64,000 nt of DNA from Takakia lepidozioides (taxonomy: Eukaryota > Plantae > Bryophyta): the NCBI GenBank assembly GCA_030704615.1, contig CM060733.1:16926001-16990000 (forward strand), given 5' to 3'. Below are positions 35,963 to 50,214 of the stretch, piece by piece (the stretch's first letter is position 1; the number at the start of each line of letters is the position of its first letter). A program made the position numbers and the translations under genes. The notes beneath the pieces are model-generated. The model was not told the origin of the DNA, did not search any database, and worked only from the letters and a program-made list of their open reading frames with translations.

Positions 35963-37426
35963 TCACCACAGATATAAACAAAATTCTACAACCTCATGTA
36001 GGCAAAAATAAAGAAAATATAAAAAGCATTCGCTAACCCTGATTCTGGCCGTGCCTCTCTTCGTGATTACGTTATTGTATTCTAGCGGATAGTCTTTCGG
36101 GACTCGCCTCACCACCCTCTCTCACGCCTATAAATTAAGCGCATGGTATCGCTTGAGAAGAACGGTGTGAGCACAATCCTCGTTTATAAGGGTAGCATGT
36201 TTAAGATGTTTCTTATTTGGTGTGATTTGTGTCACATGAATAGTTAAAATAGTTTCGCAGTTTTTGTCGGGCGAGCACATTCTTGTTTCGCTGTGGCAAA
36301 TTCTTTGAGTATCTAGGGAATATATAGAATATGCGTTCATGCTCACATGCTACCCAACCTCCCTTAAAACTCGTTGGTTAAGCATAACTTAGTCATGGCT
36401 CATTAAAAAGAAAAAGGATGACACCTCCCGAAGGAAGCGTAAACATGACAACCACATGGCGCATACAATCAAGCTCTTCTCCATGGGTTTGGTGATTAGG
36501 GACAGGTTTTGGCCCGGTTTTGGTAATAGACTTCTCACAATTCTGGTCGCCCTAGTCGCACAGCCTATGGCCACAACAAAAATGAACTGTACATGTACCA
36601 TGATCACATTGCATACTATAGAATCCCTCTATAGACTCTGATACATGTCCATAAATATATAAGAAAGGATGAATTATGGATTTTAGTGGACCTTAAAAAT
36701 TAATATAAAATAAAAAGGTGGCCTTTTAGTCTCCCCACTGATGCTATGTTTAGCTTTTGCAGGATGCTTGTTAACATGCTTGTTTGTAGTTCCTACTTTA
36801 TGATTCTTGCAGTCCTATAGACTGCATATACCTTGTAGGAGAGAAGAATCGCCACGACCTATTATTTGCAACTGGAAAGGACCACACAACTTAACACTTT
36901 CAAAGCTCTAGCAGAGAAATTCTGTATTGGGCAGATTCATTTTCAACTATTGTTTGGAGTGTGGATCTGCAAATGCCTGAGTATGTTCTGTGCATGCTTG
37001 GATCACAATCTACTCAACTATTCTGCCATATCCCCCACATGATGTTGACAACTCCATCAGAATAAGAACATATTACACATTATAGAGAGTACCCCAAATC
37101 AACTAGAGAGTACAAACAAATTTCTCTACCATAAGAGAGGTCAGGAGCAGAATTGAGTCTCGATAAACAACTAACAACAGGCACAAGCTTCCCATCTCAG
37201 CTTATAAAGAAGAAGCACAAACACTTGCATGGATATGTTCACAGACCACCTCATACATGCTTATGAATGACAGCATCCAATAACCACACCTGCCTAAAAT
37301 GTGAAGCAGAATGCCCCTCGACTGACACTCAATATGCATTGGAATTTATCATGGGACCCATATACAAGGGTTATGGTGGACTGAATCAAACATGATAGAA
37401 GATCAATCGAAACCAATCTAAAACAC

Positions 37427-39296
37427 CTAACTGTCAAATCCTTCATCATCATCAGGAAGAGGCTGTGCAGCAGCTTCAAGCAGTTGTGCCTCATATCTGC
37501 CATACCGATAACCCATTGTCAAAATTGGCAAACAGATCTGAGAAAACACAACTAAATCATACCAAAAGCTATTGCGAAGGGAGGCGCAGGAATTTAACTG
37601 TGAGTTCCTTGGATCCATGGACAAACTGTACATGAACAAAACCCGAAGTTCAGTGAAACTTACTGTTGCTGCGCAATAATATCAATGTGAACTTCCGGGG
37701 GGGCTAGAGCAGGGGATTCCACAAAGTGCAAGTTCACATCCCTGTAGGGGAAGTGCAACAGCCAAGTCAGACAGTGTTCTTTTCAGTTGAGCACAAAACC
37801 CAGAGACCTATCAAGCAAGATCAAATATAAACAGTCATCACTAGATACAAGAATAACCAGCACTCTTGGAATGAAGACCTACCCGGCAAGCTTCCTGGCA
37901 AGGTACAGGAAGGGTTTCTCGAAGTTGTAGTTGCTTTTAGCAGAAATCTCGTAGTATTGCAGATTTTTCTTCCTATGAAATGTGACCTGTTTTGCCTTCA
38001 CCTGCCGATTTTTCACATCAACCTTGTTTCCACACAGCACGATTGGAATGTTCTCGCAGACCCTGCATACAGAGAGCAATGAGATCGACAGAAAAACTTG
38101 TTGAGTTTCTTAGCTTAATGGATTCAATCTCATCAAATTCAAGTTCAAGAATTCAAGTGACTACACACATCCTCACCTGCAAAGATCGCGATGCCATGTT
38201 GGAACATTTTTATAGGTAAGGCGAGCTGTCACATCAAACATGATAATGGCGCACTGTCCATGGATGCTGATGACAAACACAACAGAAGAAAAAAAGGTTA
38301 CATCACTGCAAAAGGAACTTGACGTAAGTTGGTACTCAACACCCAGTAAACAAAATAAATTGGAAAGTTCGGAGAATGTGTTTCTTACTAGTAACCATCA
38401 CGAAGGCCTCCAAACTTCTCCTGCCCAGCAGTATCCCAACAGTAGTACCGGATCCGCCCACAGTTCGTGAAAAAGTCGAGGGGGCGCACTTCCACACCAA
38501 TTGTGGCTGCAAACCATTACTAAACTGAATGAGAGGCCCTGACGAAAAGGTATCATGACGGTCTGTACTGAAAATTATCACCATGAAATCAATGTAAAGG
38601 AGGTTGCGGCCTCCACCTGCGACAAATTACACAAAAACTCCCCACAGTGAGGAAAAACTTACGTTCGTACTTCTTCTCGAATTCACCAGTTAAATGACGC
38701 TTCACAAGGGTCGTCTTCCCTGCACACACCCCAAAAAAGTCCTTTACTTGACGTGCATAAGTGCATGCTGCAATACTCTTCTCAGGAATAATAGTAGCTT
38801 AAGCTCCTGAACTCCTCTGCGGCCTTTGTACACGCACTCTAATTCAAGAATAGCATCTCTCCATGTCATGTAGGAGCATAGCATACCTGTGCCCCCATCA
38901 CCAACAATGACAAGCTTGAAGCTTGGACAGTTATCGGGAGTCCGCTGCCCTGGCAAAGCCTTCAAGACAGAAAACTCAGTTTAGCACAAACTATACAGGT
39001 CAACTCAACGCAGAAGAAAAGGCTAATCCTACAGTGTCGTGGACAAGGCACAAACTACAAATTATCTTTTATTCATGCTAACCAGCAGACCGACGTAGAC
39101 AAAGCACAAGCTTTCCAGAGATAGGCCATCGCTAATTACCCAAGAGCCCACCAGAGAACTCCCGAACAAAGAAAGCAAAATACCACCATATGCGACGGAT
39201 CACAACACCGAAAGCTCTCTGTTGCAGGGCATATCTAAAATTTTCTCGACAAGTAGCTAGAGAACTCTCCCAGCATTGATGAAGAGAAAATACCAT
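37427..39296 (-). CDS. RAN: Ran GTPase, copy A (multi-exon; first exon probably ATG only)
   Basis: [18 protein letters not shown]|[18 protein letters not shown]|..[17 protein letters not shown]|..NKVD..EISAK..|[10 protein letters not shown]. Confidence 0.93.
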
Positions 39297-39458
39297 CACA
39301 ACGGATGATCACCCAGTCCAAAGAGATGGAGCTTGCGCTTGGAGACGACGCGAGATCCGAACCTTGAGCGTATGTGAGAAACGGAGTTGGGTGCAAGGAT
39401 GTGTTTGTGCAAACACTGAGAGTGGCTACTACTGCAGTCTTCCTCTTGTGACTTGCTC

Positions 39459-39467
39459 TATTTATAT
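39459..39467 (-). promoter_or_regulatory. Candidate TATA box of Ran copy A
   Basis: TATAAATA on the minus strand about 165 bp upstream of the proposed ATG. Confidence 0.45.
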
Positions 39468-42114
39468 GACATGGATATTGCAACTATTGGAAATTATCTC
39501 AGCATTCCAACTCTTGTGGCATCTGCGGCCCTACCCTAATATTCAGACTAGGGACAACCCATTTACCAATTGTAAACTAGAAGATCTTACCAAGCGCAAA
39601 TGAACGATTCCCTTCCCCTCTCCCCCAATTCAAATGGTCACTCTCCGAGTTCACCAATTGAAGCGCACCTGAAGAGCAGCCGGACAAGTGACTCACTTTT
39701 ATATTCACTGAGGTGACTGCAGTGCCCAAAGTAAAAGGCTTGAAGTGGAAGTGGGCCCCCGACTGCTACGCAGCTGTGACAGAACAAGAAATAGTATTGA
39801 TGGATGACAAGTACCTACTTTTATCCATGGCAATGACCTTGAACACAGAAATCTGTTGCTAGAGACTCCTGCTACCGCTAACAATGCAGCTGGAAGGTGA
39901 AAGCACCGACTCGGAGAACCCACCTAGCCTTAGTATTGAAAACTTTCAACCCAAGCCTTTGAACATTCAACCCGTCTCAAACTCCAGCAAAGCTTGACAT
40001 GGCATGATCTGAAAGAGAGAGGCCCCACCATCGGCAAGATGTTCCTCCAGACTTCCATTGATTTGACCCCGCCCTGTCACTACGTCACACGCTATAACTG
40101 TTTGCCATCCAGAATTGAATAGTGTATCGCCACATGCAGCCCGCTTTCCGGACACTCAGCTCAACTGTACAAACTTCAGCATGTAATTGTGTCCACACTG
40201 CAGGTACTTTCACCACAGTGACATGGATGTAACAGAAAGCGTGAGCAGCAGGGTGCAGAGTGATCGGATAAGGGGCGGGTGCAGGTACCGAGGATCGGGG
40301 GGGGGGCCAGAGAAAGCGCGTGAAGCAGCTATCAAAGTCTGCGTAGAGGCAACGCGAGCCTGCCTGCCATCCATTGCGCTGTGTGTGCGATATTCTTGTC
40401 TGCTGATCACTCCCATGCGGCTAACTAGTCGTCCTTTGCCCTCCCGCGTTCATCTCACGCCACCCTTCTATACAAATACAAACAGCGCTGTGCCTACTTA
40501 GCTGAGGAGATGGTGATTAAGTAGGCAACACAACTGGAGAACCCTCCAACTTAGAGCACAGCCAGCTGTGAGGGTCGCTTTACATTAGGGTTCTCAATTG
40601 ACAGCCCAAATCAGCAATTGGTATCTCATTTTGGGTTGTCAAGACTGCCCAACATACGCTCAAAATTTAGTGTTTTTTTTTTTTCATTTTTCCGTAATCG
40701 CAGGCAGGGCCACATGTGAATTCTATCCAGTGCCCATGTGTCGAGAATAACGAGGTGGCAGGGCTAGAAAAGTTGCTACATTCCAGGTGGCACATTCTAA
40801 CTGGTCCACGTCTGCAAAAGTAGGCTCCTAATTCTCAACTACTGGTGCTTTTTGGCGAAATTTCGCCAGCAAAAAAAACACTACTTAGTCTCAAATCCAA
40901 CATGAATGAAAGCCGGAATGATCTCCGGCATGTGTGAAGTGCTGCACAAAAACTGTGTGAGAAGCCAAGTTGGAAGGTATGAGGTGCTACAGGAGGTGCT
41001 ACAGGAGGAGGAAGGTGAAGGCTAGTCAAGACGGGCGCTTTGAGGTGTGATTGGCAGTTCTGGGTCAGATTTGAGAACCCACAACTGGGGAACGTCAGGC
41101 TTTCGATGTATGCTGATTAGGATGACAACTAAGCTTGGGTTCTGAATGGGAAATCTGTGTTAAGGCTCCAGAGCCCAGATTGAAAGTCTCAAATGACTTA
41201 GCAATTGCAACCAGAGCCAAGTCGACAAACTTGAAGGGTAGCTTTCGGGCACTTCAATCTGGGTTCTCGTTTGGGCTGTAACTTAGGGTGAAACATCTAC
41301 TGAGACAATTTAGGAAGACCATTGATCATGCATCCACTATGATTCTAGGTATTATGCTTTTCAGAGTTCAACTGAATACAATGAATGTGTGTATAGAGAT
41401 TATAACCTGGTGGGATAGCATAATGTCAATTCAAGCAAAAACTGGGGAATTAGGCAACCGAAGTGAGAGTAAGTAGACAAGGTGGAGATAAGTTAGTATG
41501 ATCAAAGCCCAACTTCCCAACCATTCAATCCTTCAATCATACTCAAGTAGCAAAGAGATCGCAAGCTTTGATAAAGGTCAACCCTTTGCATCATAGGTAA
41601 GATTCACAAGCTTTAATAGCAGGTCAAACCTTTACATCACAGGTCAATAGCCAACTCAAAATGAGAACAAACTCGAGATCATGCTAATGTGCTTTAGGTA
41701 GGATAAGCAAACATATCCAACAATCTAAATTTAACAGTCATCAAAGGAGTCTACATCGGGATTAACAATGCACCTTTGGGTTCATATCCAATTTTGTATC
41801 ATCATGGCCTTGTGGATGAAACCAATTTTCGTGCATTGGAGCCATTTTCTTGTCTATGCAAGCAATTGGCTAGTTCATTGTTGGGTAGATAGGCTACTTC
41901 CTATCGTAGCTCACCACCCATCTCCCTAGCAACCATTACAGCTTTCTTGGGGCAATGCCAAGAAAACAGAAACTATCTGAACCCTTGAGATCTACCAACC
42001 AGTATGGATTGGAATCTATCAGGGGACCCATAAGGAGCATCTGGACTATGGTTCCCCTACATGGAGACTTATCAAACTTCGCAAAGAGCGGATGAAAACA
42101 ATCTAAAAACACCT

Positions 42115-44431
42115 CTAGCTGTCAAATGCATCCTCATCATCATCAGGCAGAGGTTGTGCAGCAGCAGCAGCTAGTTCCACCTCATACCTGCAATGACAAT
42201 CAAGCCACTGTCAATAAGGGCAACCAGCACATCATGACAAACACACTGAAAGCAACAGGAGTTGGAAATTGCGCATATGAGCAACCCCAAAGAGCAGTGA
42301 ATCTTACTGTTGCTGGGCAACAAGGTCAATATGAACTTCTGGTGGCAGTAGAGCAGGAGACTCCACAAAGTGCAGGTTCACATCCCTGTATAAAATACAA
42401 AGTGTAATCAGACAACTCTATCTCATGGAGGCATGACAGCCCCATTATCAGGAACAATTGCACACAGCAACTACATCTTCAAACAACAGCAAGGACCTGT
42501 ATTTCAGGACTAACATCCGAAACAAAAAACACTTTCACAACTTGCACGACTGTATGCAAATGGAAACCCTACCCAGCAAGCTTCCTGGCAAGGTAAAGGA
42601 AGGGCTTCTCAAAGTTGTAGTTGCTTTTGGCAGAAATCTCGTAGTACTGCAAATTCTTCTTCCTGTGGAAGGTGACCTGTTTTGCCTTCACCTGCCTATT
42701 CTTCACATCAACCTTATTTCCACACAGAACAATCGGAATGCTCTCACAGACCCTGCATGCCAAGATCCAGTCAGTTTGAAAGAATGGACCTGCCTTCAAT
42801 TCACGACTCAATGGATACAGTCTTGCCCTAACACAAAGCCACCCAGAATCCAACTGAAAACACAAAAACATTTTCACCTGCAAAGATCACGATGCCATGT
42901 GGGGACGTTTTTGTAGGTGAGGCGCGCAGTCACATCAAACATGATAATAGCGCACTGTCCATGGATGCTGATTCACAAACAACCAAGGCAGAAAAAGAAC
43001 AGTCATGTCACTAAAAAGAAATAGTTATGGAACAAAGGAACTCTGGCTCTGCAAGCTAAACCAATTGAAGGAAGATGATAGACTACATTACCAAGAAAGT
43101 GCATACATTGGTACACAAATACAACAGTCAACATAAGTTGAGAGCTTCTTACTAGTAACCATCCCGAAGACCTCCAAACTTCTCCTGTCCAGCAGTGTCC
43201 CAGCAATAGAACCGGATACGGCCACAGTTGGTGAAGAAATCAAGTGGTCGCACTTCCACACCGATGGTGGCTGAAGAACATTACAGTTAAGTGAGCCATC
43301 ATTTCAAGTTTGCTGACCACTGAAAGAAGAAGATTGTCCATACATGATACGCCCTAAGAAATCACATGCAGCACTGACAAGTATCGATTGGAGGAGGGAA
43401 ACTCACGTTCATACTTCTTCTCGAATTCACCAGTCAAATGACGCTTGACAAGCGTTGTCTTCCCTAAAGACGAGCAAACACATCGTTAATTTCGAAGGAT
43501 GCAATCCAACAATAGAAACTGAAGCTCCTAAAGTTCCCTGAGGCCTCCCTACACGCAGTCGGTTGCAAGAATTTGTCTCTGTATCGGTAACGAGAATATA
43601 GGATGAACGTAGTCTTAAGTACCTGTGCCTCCATCACCAACGATGACAAGCTTGAAGCTCGGGCAGTTATCGGGGACCTGCTGCCCTGGCAGAGCCTGCA
43701 AAACAGGAACCTTGAACTCAGTACTCTGACTAACCCCATAGATACATCGCAGGTGAAAGCAACACACCAATAATACAACGCAAAATCTGGCACAAGTGCC
43801 GTTAGAAGCTCTAGAAACCAATACAGCCACTCGAAGCCGTCTGCCAGCAGAACACCGAACGTCAGACCGTTCAAGCACCCGAAAAACAATAGAATAGTTA
43901 GAAGAAAATCAGCACGCTCCCAGTTGTTGAAGACTTCTTGCTGAGACATTGTAGTGTCGATTCAAAATACAGGACAAAGCTCAGACTCTGAAAGATGAGA
44001 GCTGTCCAATATTCAAGCTTCAAGCAAACAAAAGAGCCTCAAAAGGATGAGGATTACCAAACTCACACATCGACAGCCAAGCTAGAGCCAGTAGACAAAA
44101 GCATACTCTATTCCGCCATAGGTAATCGATAATTATCCACATCATGAACTACAGAAACACGTCTTCAAATCGAGCACTTCAGACAATGAAGAGAACCACG
44201 CCCCGCGGCTGATCACAAAGGCCAAAGCTCTCCGATACAGGTCTGCACTAAATTGACAACAGAAAACAACAAGAAAACATCCCCGAAATCGTTCAAAAGG
44301 CGGACAAAATCCAATGGCACGCTCACAATCACACAGCTCGAGAGCAGTCTGCTGTAGGTCACGATCAATCCTTCCGACACAGACAACCACAAAACTACCA
44401 TTACACAGCCTGGAAGAAAATGACATACCAT
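42115..44431 (-). CDS. RAN: Ran GTPase, copy B (tandem paralogue)
   Basis: ATG|gtatgt at 44431-44429; same exon structure as copy A; ends [11 protein letters not shown]. Confidence 0.93.
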
Positions 44432-45173
44432 TGCAAATCGACAGCACAAGCGAGCGCTCCCTCAGCTTGCAAGAGTTGCAAGAGATGCAGAATGCGTGAG
44501 GTCCAAAGACGCAGGGGAGAACAGATCGAAGAAGGACTTGGGCCTGCGCGAGAGAAACACGAGCAAAAGAGCGAGAGACGAGGCAGAGCTCTGCACAACT
44601 ATTTGTACCCACCGTCCTATTCGCCAGCTTCCACGCAGCCGTTGGATCTCCTCCACCGAGATCTGTATGGGAGCCGTTCGATTACGGAGCATCGTAACGC
44701 GTGTATAAGCCCTAAAACCGTGTTGCTACGTGTTGTCCCATCAGCCGCCCGATCTAAGATCGACGCTCTGCATCTTGCCAATTTGAAAACCGAGGTCTGG
44801 AAGCCAGTCCGGCTTTCGGAGCTATCGAGTTTCTTTTCTTTTCTTTTCTTTTTATTTCGGCCCTTGAAAAGTTTTTTTAGAGGAAAAATATGATTTCAGG
44901 AAAATAAAATAAAACAGTAAGAGGTGACGGGCGCGTGGAAGTAACGCGAGCCTGCCCGCGCTGCGTTCGAATCACGCCACGTTTTTCCTTACCTGCCCAT
45001 GCTCACCTGGTCTGCTGCCCGGATTAATATTGTTTATTATCAGTAAAATCGTATTGTGAGAAAGCGCATGCAACGGACCATCCATGGATGAAGAAGCTTT
45101 TCATTCGAAAGACGTACTCTGTGAGAAGATACCCTTGTTTTGGCTGAGATAATTACTAATATAATTACTATTA

Positions 45174-46934
45174 GGCCTGGGCCGCACCTGCCGGTTAGCT
45201 AACCGACGGCTAACCGGACAGTTAAGTGACCGGCCCGATAGTTAATTAAGGACCCGGCCGCACCTGCCATCTAGTTAACTGGGCACGTCGCGGTTAAGAA
45301 ACCGTGCTGCTGCCCGGTTTTCTTTCCTGCCCGCGCGAACCACTTTCTCTCCTCCCGTGTTCAGCCTCCACGGTCGTCCTTGCAATCATGTTTCTTCACT
45401 CGTACTTCTCTACTTGGTCACTGGCATGGACGCTTCTCCCTGCGCCGCACAACTGCATTCCAAAATGGTGTCTTTTTTTTTCCACATGAGTTGCGAAGCT
45501 TCCCCGCTCAGCAAAAAGGTAGTTTTCTCTTGGATCAAAGGCTGATACATGTGTTGTATGCTTCAGTTTCAAGTATGTGGCACAAGTAGACACCGAATGC
45601 CGTGAACATATGTAGGTCTTTAGCTGAGAGTGAGGGGTGGTTGGTTGTGTGGTACAGGCATATGTGCAACAGCTTGAATCAAGTCGCATCAAGTTGAATA
45701 AACTTGAGCAAGAAGTAGCTTAAGTTTAGGGGGTTGGATGTCATGGCAGTCGGCCTAGGCAGGTAAATGACGTTCACATCAAGAGGAGGTTGTGCGGACT
45801 CTCACTAACACGCTGGAAACTGGAAATGTACGTTTCTCCTTTACATTAATGAAGCTGTTGTGATAATCATAATGTGAATGCTTCTGCTTGAAGCTAATTT
45901 TATGGTCTGGCTTGTGGAATTTGAGGGGGCTTGACAAGGAGGGAGAATACTGAGTTGGGTAATGGAAAAATGCATGCAGTTACCACACTTACTGTTTTAT
46001 GGACTCCAAGTACTGGCATAACATCCAGTGCACCAGCAACTGCTCATCAACTTTTTAGGTAAGATGTCTCTCTTGCCCTCTGATTGTAGTAAGCGCAAGA
46101 GGTGATTAATCAGACAAATGATTTACTGTTCGCTGAATTATTGTTTTCACTTGTCTGAATCTGAATTACTGTTCTTGTATATACAAGCCCGCACAGCAGA
46201 TCCTTAGTTTTCCTAATCGGATCGGCCTCAGCTTGGTGCAAGGAACCATGTGCAACCCACACTTAGCCCATAATCTTACGTAGTAGGCGGTGTTTCCAGG
46301 GAATGGTGAATGAGCACACTAGCTTTTCATCAAACTTATAACCAGACATGCTTTACAACATTCTACGTCATGATAGTCACTGAATTCTAACCAGCTTCCA
46401 ACTATATTAATGTAGGTCAAGTTTGGTGAGTTCATAACCAGCCCTAAAGCCATCACCACTCCTTGTGGTGTCTGTGGTGTCTGTGGAAGACATGCTACAC
46501 TCTCTCCTACACTCTCCCTTGCAATCTTTGGATTAAAAAAATGAAACACACACTGCTTGCAAGAGCCTCTCCCCTCTGCATTCTATGCCGTCGCGAGCGC
46601 CTGGCCTGCAAGAACCTCTCCACCCTCCCCTCTACACTCTATGCCATCGCGAGCGCCTGCCCTGCAAGATCCTCTCTACTCTCCCCGCCATCGCGGGTGT
46701 CTAGCACCTGCAAAACCTCTCCGCCACTGCCCGATTTTTAATTGTTGACCGAGATTTAACACCTCCTCCATGGAGGTGTTAAATCTCGCTCTCTCCCCGT
46801 TACATCGTTTAATAGTTGTTAATCGGCCGGTTATCTAACCGGCTTCTTAATCGGCGTATGCGGCCATCTCCCTGCCGCTAACGTCCATTACCTAACTTTG
46901 ATTGACGTACTAATTGGCAGGTGCGGCCAGGGCC
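45174..46934. mobile_element. Non-autonomous PIF/Harbinger-type DNA transposon
   Basis: TIRs GGCCTGGGCCGCACCTGCC and GGCAGGTGCGGCCAGGGCC, with TTA direct repeat on both sides in AT-rich flanks; no transposase ORF. Confidence 0.85.
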
Positions 46935-47254
46935 TTACACTATTAATATATTATAATATAATACTACTCTATAATATACTATTATACGGTATATTATACT
47001 ATTATCACTATTATATTATGGTTTGGATGGATACGTGCATTGTGATGCCAGCCAGGTGATCCTGGGCTCGAATCCTGCTACCATGTTGGGTGGTATTATA
47101 TTCTTCCCCTTCCCTGGGCTGAACGTTGTGCTTGGCGCTCATGAGGTTACTAGGAAAGAGGTCACATTTTAAGTGTCCTGATTTGTGAATTCCCTTTTAT
47201 TGAAAAAAAACATGCAACTTTTGTATTACAAGGGGCAGTTGCTCCTTCCAGTGA

Positions 47255-47290
47255 CAGAATGTACTCATAAGACGTTGTTTGCTATAGCCT
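47255..47290 (-). mobile_element. ~36-bp LINE 3'-end retrocopy with target-site duplication
   Basis: ggctatagcaaacaacgtcttatgagtacat matches the LINE end; cttccagtga is duplicated at 47245-47254 and 47291-47300. Confidence 0.8.
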
Positions 47291-48309
47291 CTTCCAGTGA
47301 TATAGGAGCGCCCCTACCTGTCGTCTTCTTCTCCACTGGTGAATGTGAGCATTGCAAAGGAAGTGTCGAATGAACATGTGGTTCAGTAGAAGCAATCCTC
47401 ACGACAAAAAGGTACAACATGGCATTGTCGTTGTTCCAATAAAAGTTATGAATTATGAACTGTAGTTTATATGAATGAAAGACAGGTGCAAGCATCCAAA
47501 ACATGTGGAGGTTTCGTAATGCAGATTATAACAGTAGGTCCGACATTGAGGTGTGAGATCTGTATCCCCATGTGACTGCAGAGATAGAAGTCGAACTGTG
47601 TTGGGTGGCAATGACCGAGTCCACCAGTGAGTGTTTGCACAATGTTATCAGTATGATCTGACTGAAGAAGGGAAGAGAGTGGAAGAGGCCAAGTGGTCCA
47701 TAGCAAGACCAAGCATGCACGTTCTGTGATGGTTCATCATCTGCAGGCTTAGAACCTCAACCTAGGGACTCACAAGCCTACAAACCGCACCCATGTATGT
47801 GATCAGAAGACTCTGATAGCATTCTCATTAGAAGAACGAGTGTACTTGTTACTGTTTTGCTTACTGTACCATTCCTTGCATAGATGTTGTGCCTAGAGCA
47901 GAAACAGAGAGAACAAGGCTCATGGGTCACAGTAAAACAAGGCCAAGGAGAGAAGGAAAGACACCTTGGAGAGACTTATTCGGCTGGGGAGGGTAGAGAA
48001 GGGAGTGCATCAGGACAGTGCATAAGAAGGTATCACTGTGAAGTGATATCATTTACAGTATGCCTGGCAAATTTTATTGATAGCATGCGTAAATTCTTTT
48101 TGTACTAAAGAAAGGCTACTTGGGAGATGAGAGCTAGTGTTGTTAATAAGAAGATGCCCAGGCACACAATGCCGACCATTGAAGGCTTATTTACCCATAA
48201 GTCTTAAACCCGAAACCGTAACAAATAGTATTGAATATGAGCACCGTCTGGGGTTTCATAACGTAACATAGCTCTACTTAGTATAACTCGCATGTGTGGT
48301 ACTCCACAC

Positions 48310-49290
48310 AGTGTAACACAGACGAGTGTAACCCTCTTCAGTGTAACTCATTGTGGTTTAACTCCAAGTGTAACTGCAATGTAACTATCAACAGTGTAAC
48401 CCAGTATGTAACCCCATAGAATATTGTTGTCAGTGAGTGGTGTAACTCTAAGAATTATAAGTCAATGACTACAGTGTGACTACAGGGTCTGGGTTAGTCT
48501 GTCGGGGTTACATGACCCTTCAATACAGAGTAGGAAGACGCTGAAGTTGAGCATCTTTAGTCGCCAACACTAGCCCCTGTATGTGTAACCTATATATGTG
48601 TAACCCCTCTATGTGTAAGCAATTTAGGTGTATCCCACCCTGTATGTGTAACCCCTCTATGTGTAACCCAATTTGTGTGTAACCCACCCTGTATATGTAA
48701 CCCATGGACGTGTAATCCATGAGATAGATAATCATTCCGTTCAACCTATGTTATGGACCAGTGTAGCCCTCCTGAGTGTAACTTGTTGTTGTGTAACCCC
48801 AAGAAGTATGTATCCCGACCACATGTAACCCCCACTGTTGTCACCCCATCGCATGTAAACCCTTGTACATTTGGGGTGCATGCTGTAAACCCCGATGCTA
48901 CATCACCCCATCTTATGTATCCCCACGACACGTAGCCCTTGTATAGGCAACCCTGCCCACTGTCACTGTGCACAGTGTAACTCAGAACTGTGTAACCCTC
49001 TTGAGTGAGTGTAACCCAGAGTGTTGTAACTCCAAGAAGTATGTAACCCGACCAGATGTTACCCCCACTATTGTGACCCCATTGTATGTAACCCATTGTA
49101 CATAGCCCTCATGTATGTAACCCCATGTAGTATAACTCTGAGAACTTCAGTGCACAAAAACTTATGTGCGAAAAAACAAAAAAATAAAAAAACAAGTGCG
49201 CATAGTTGAGGTGGGGTTACATGCCACTTCATGTAACCCAATAAGGTGTAACCCCATGTAAGCCCATTGCATGAAACCCAAACTGTGAAG
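48310..49290 (+). repeat. Dispersed array of the TGTAACCC motif
   Basis: Dozens of gtgtaaccc/atgtaaccc copies with variable spacers; the array recurs at 49820-49960. Confidence 0.9.
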
Positions 49291-49339
49291 TGTTACGAAC
49301 AAACCACATAGAAGCAAAAAATGCATCAAGAGACGCTAT

Positions 49340-50214
49340 TTATTTCTTTGGCCATTTGACCAAGTCTTTGTCCATCGTGTCACACAGCCAACTAATCATA
49401 TGAGTACGGGAAGCTATCACGGTTGACTCGTCAAACCAACTTGCAGTAAACGCCCGCCTATGACGGGTTCGATCTTCTGTGGTTTTCACATTGAACTTCC
49501 ACTCCAAGTAAAATTGCACAAAACAAAGTGCATAATAGCCGCACTCCCGACAGCTCCGTTGTTGGGGGACACTGGCCTCAAACCATTACATCCTCTCCAT
49601 GACGTAACTGAAGTCATCAGATCCAGGCATGCAATCAAAGAACGATATGGCAAAATTTCGTAAAATTCCTTCAATGAGTTTGGGTCAGGCAATGGTTTTA
49701 TGGGAGTCCAAATGTATTATCCGACCTCGGCGCTCTAAAACAGCAACTCTCCAGTGATCACTGCAACACAAACAAAGCCGTAACGTCAGAATAGAAAAAA
49801 AAACTCTCTAATGAAACCCATTGTGGTGTAATCCGGCAGTGGTGTAACCCAGTAGTGTAACCCTTTGTACTGTAACTCTAAACGGTGTAACACAACTAGT
49901 CAGCAGTGCAAATCCAAACTAGTGCAAACTCAGTGTAGAATAGAGGAGTGTAACCCAACATGATCAGTCGACGCTCAAATTACTTACTCGAAGACAATAG
50001 GGATGACAACCACGTCCACAAGATCTCGATTCTTTGTGAACACCATCCCTCGGGCATCCTGAGTGTACCTTTCTTGCACCAACCCAAATAGCGTCTGCAG
50101 ATCGTTACCATTGGTACGCATGACATGCCACTGGAAAGGAGCACAGATGACAAACTCAGGTGCGATAGCCTTAAACAATTTGGCCTCCAGAAGTTTGTTG
50201 TAACCCGAGAGCAA
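49340..50214 (-). pseudogene. Ulp1-like SUMO protease (peptidase C48) catalytic domain, two exons, pseudogenised
   Basis: Spliced DVVVIPIVFD|DHWRVAVL..IIHLDSH....VPQQRSCRECGYYALCF contains the His/Asp/Gln/Cys catalytic set. In-frame stops at 49687 and 49588. Confidence 0.8.

Noticed and set aside
40585-41290. Possible MITE bounded by acagcccaaa / tttgggctgt
   Set aside because: Only about 10 bp of inverted match and no TSD.
48275-48312. Hairpin tgtgtgg-tact-ccacaca near CTAA as a Helitron 3' end
   Set aside because: The terminus does not fit CTRR followed by T, and no Rep/helicase is present.
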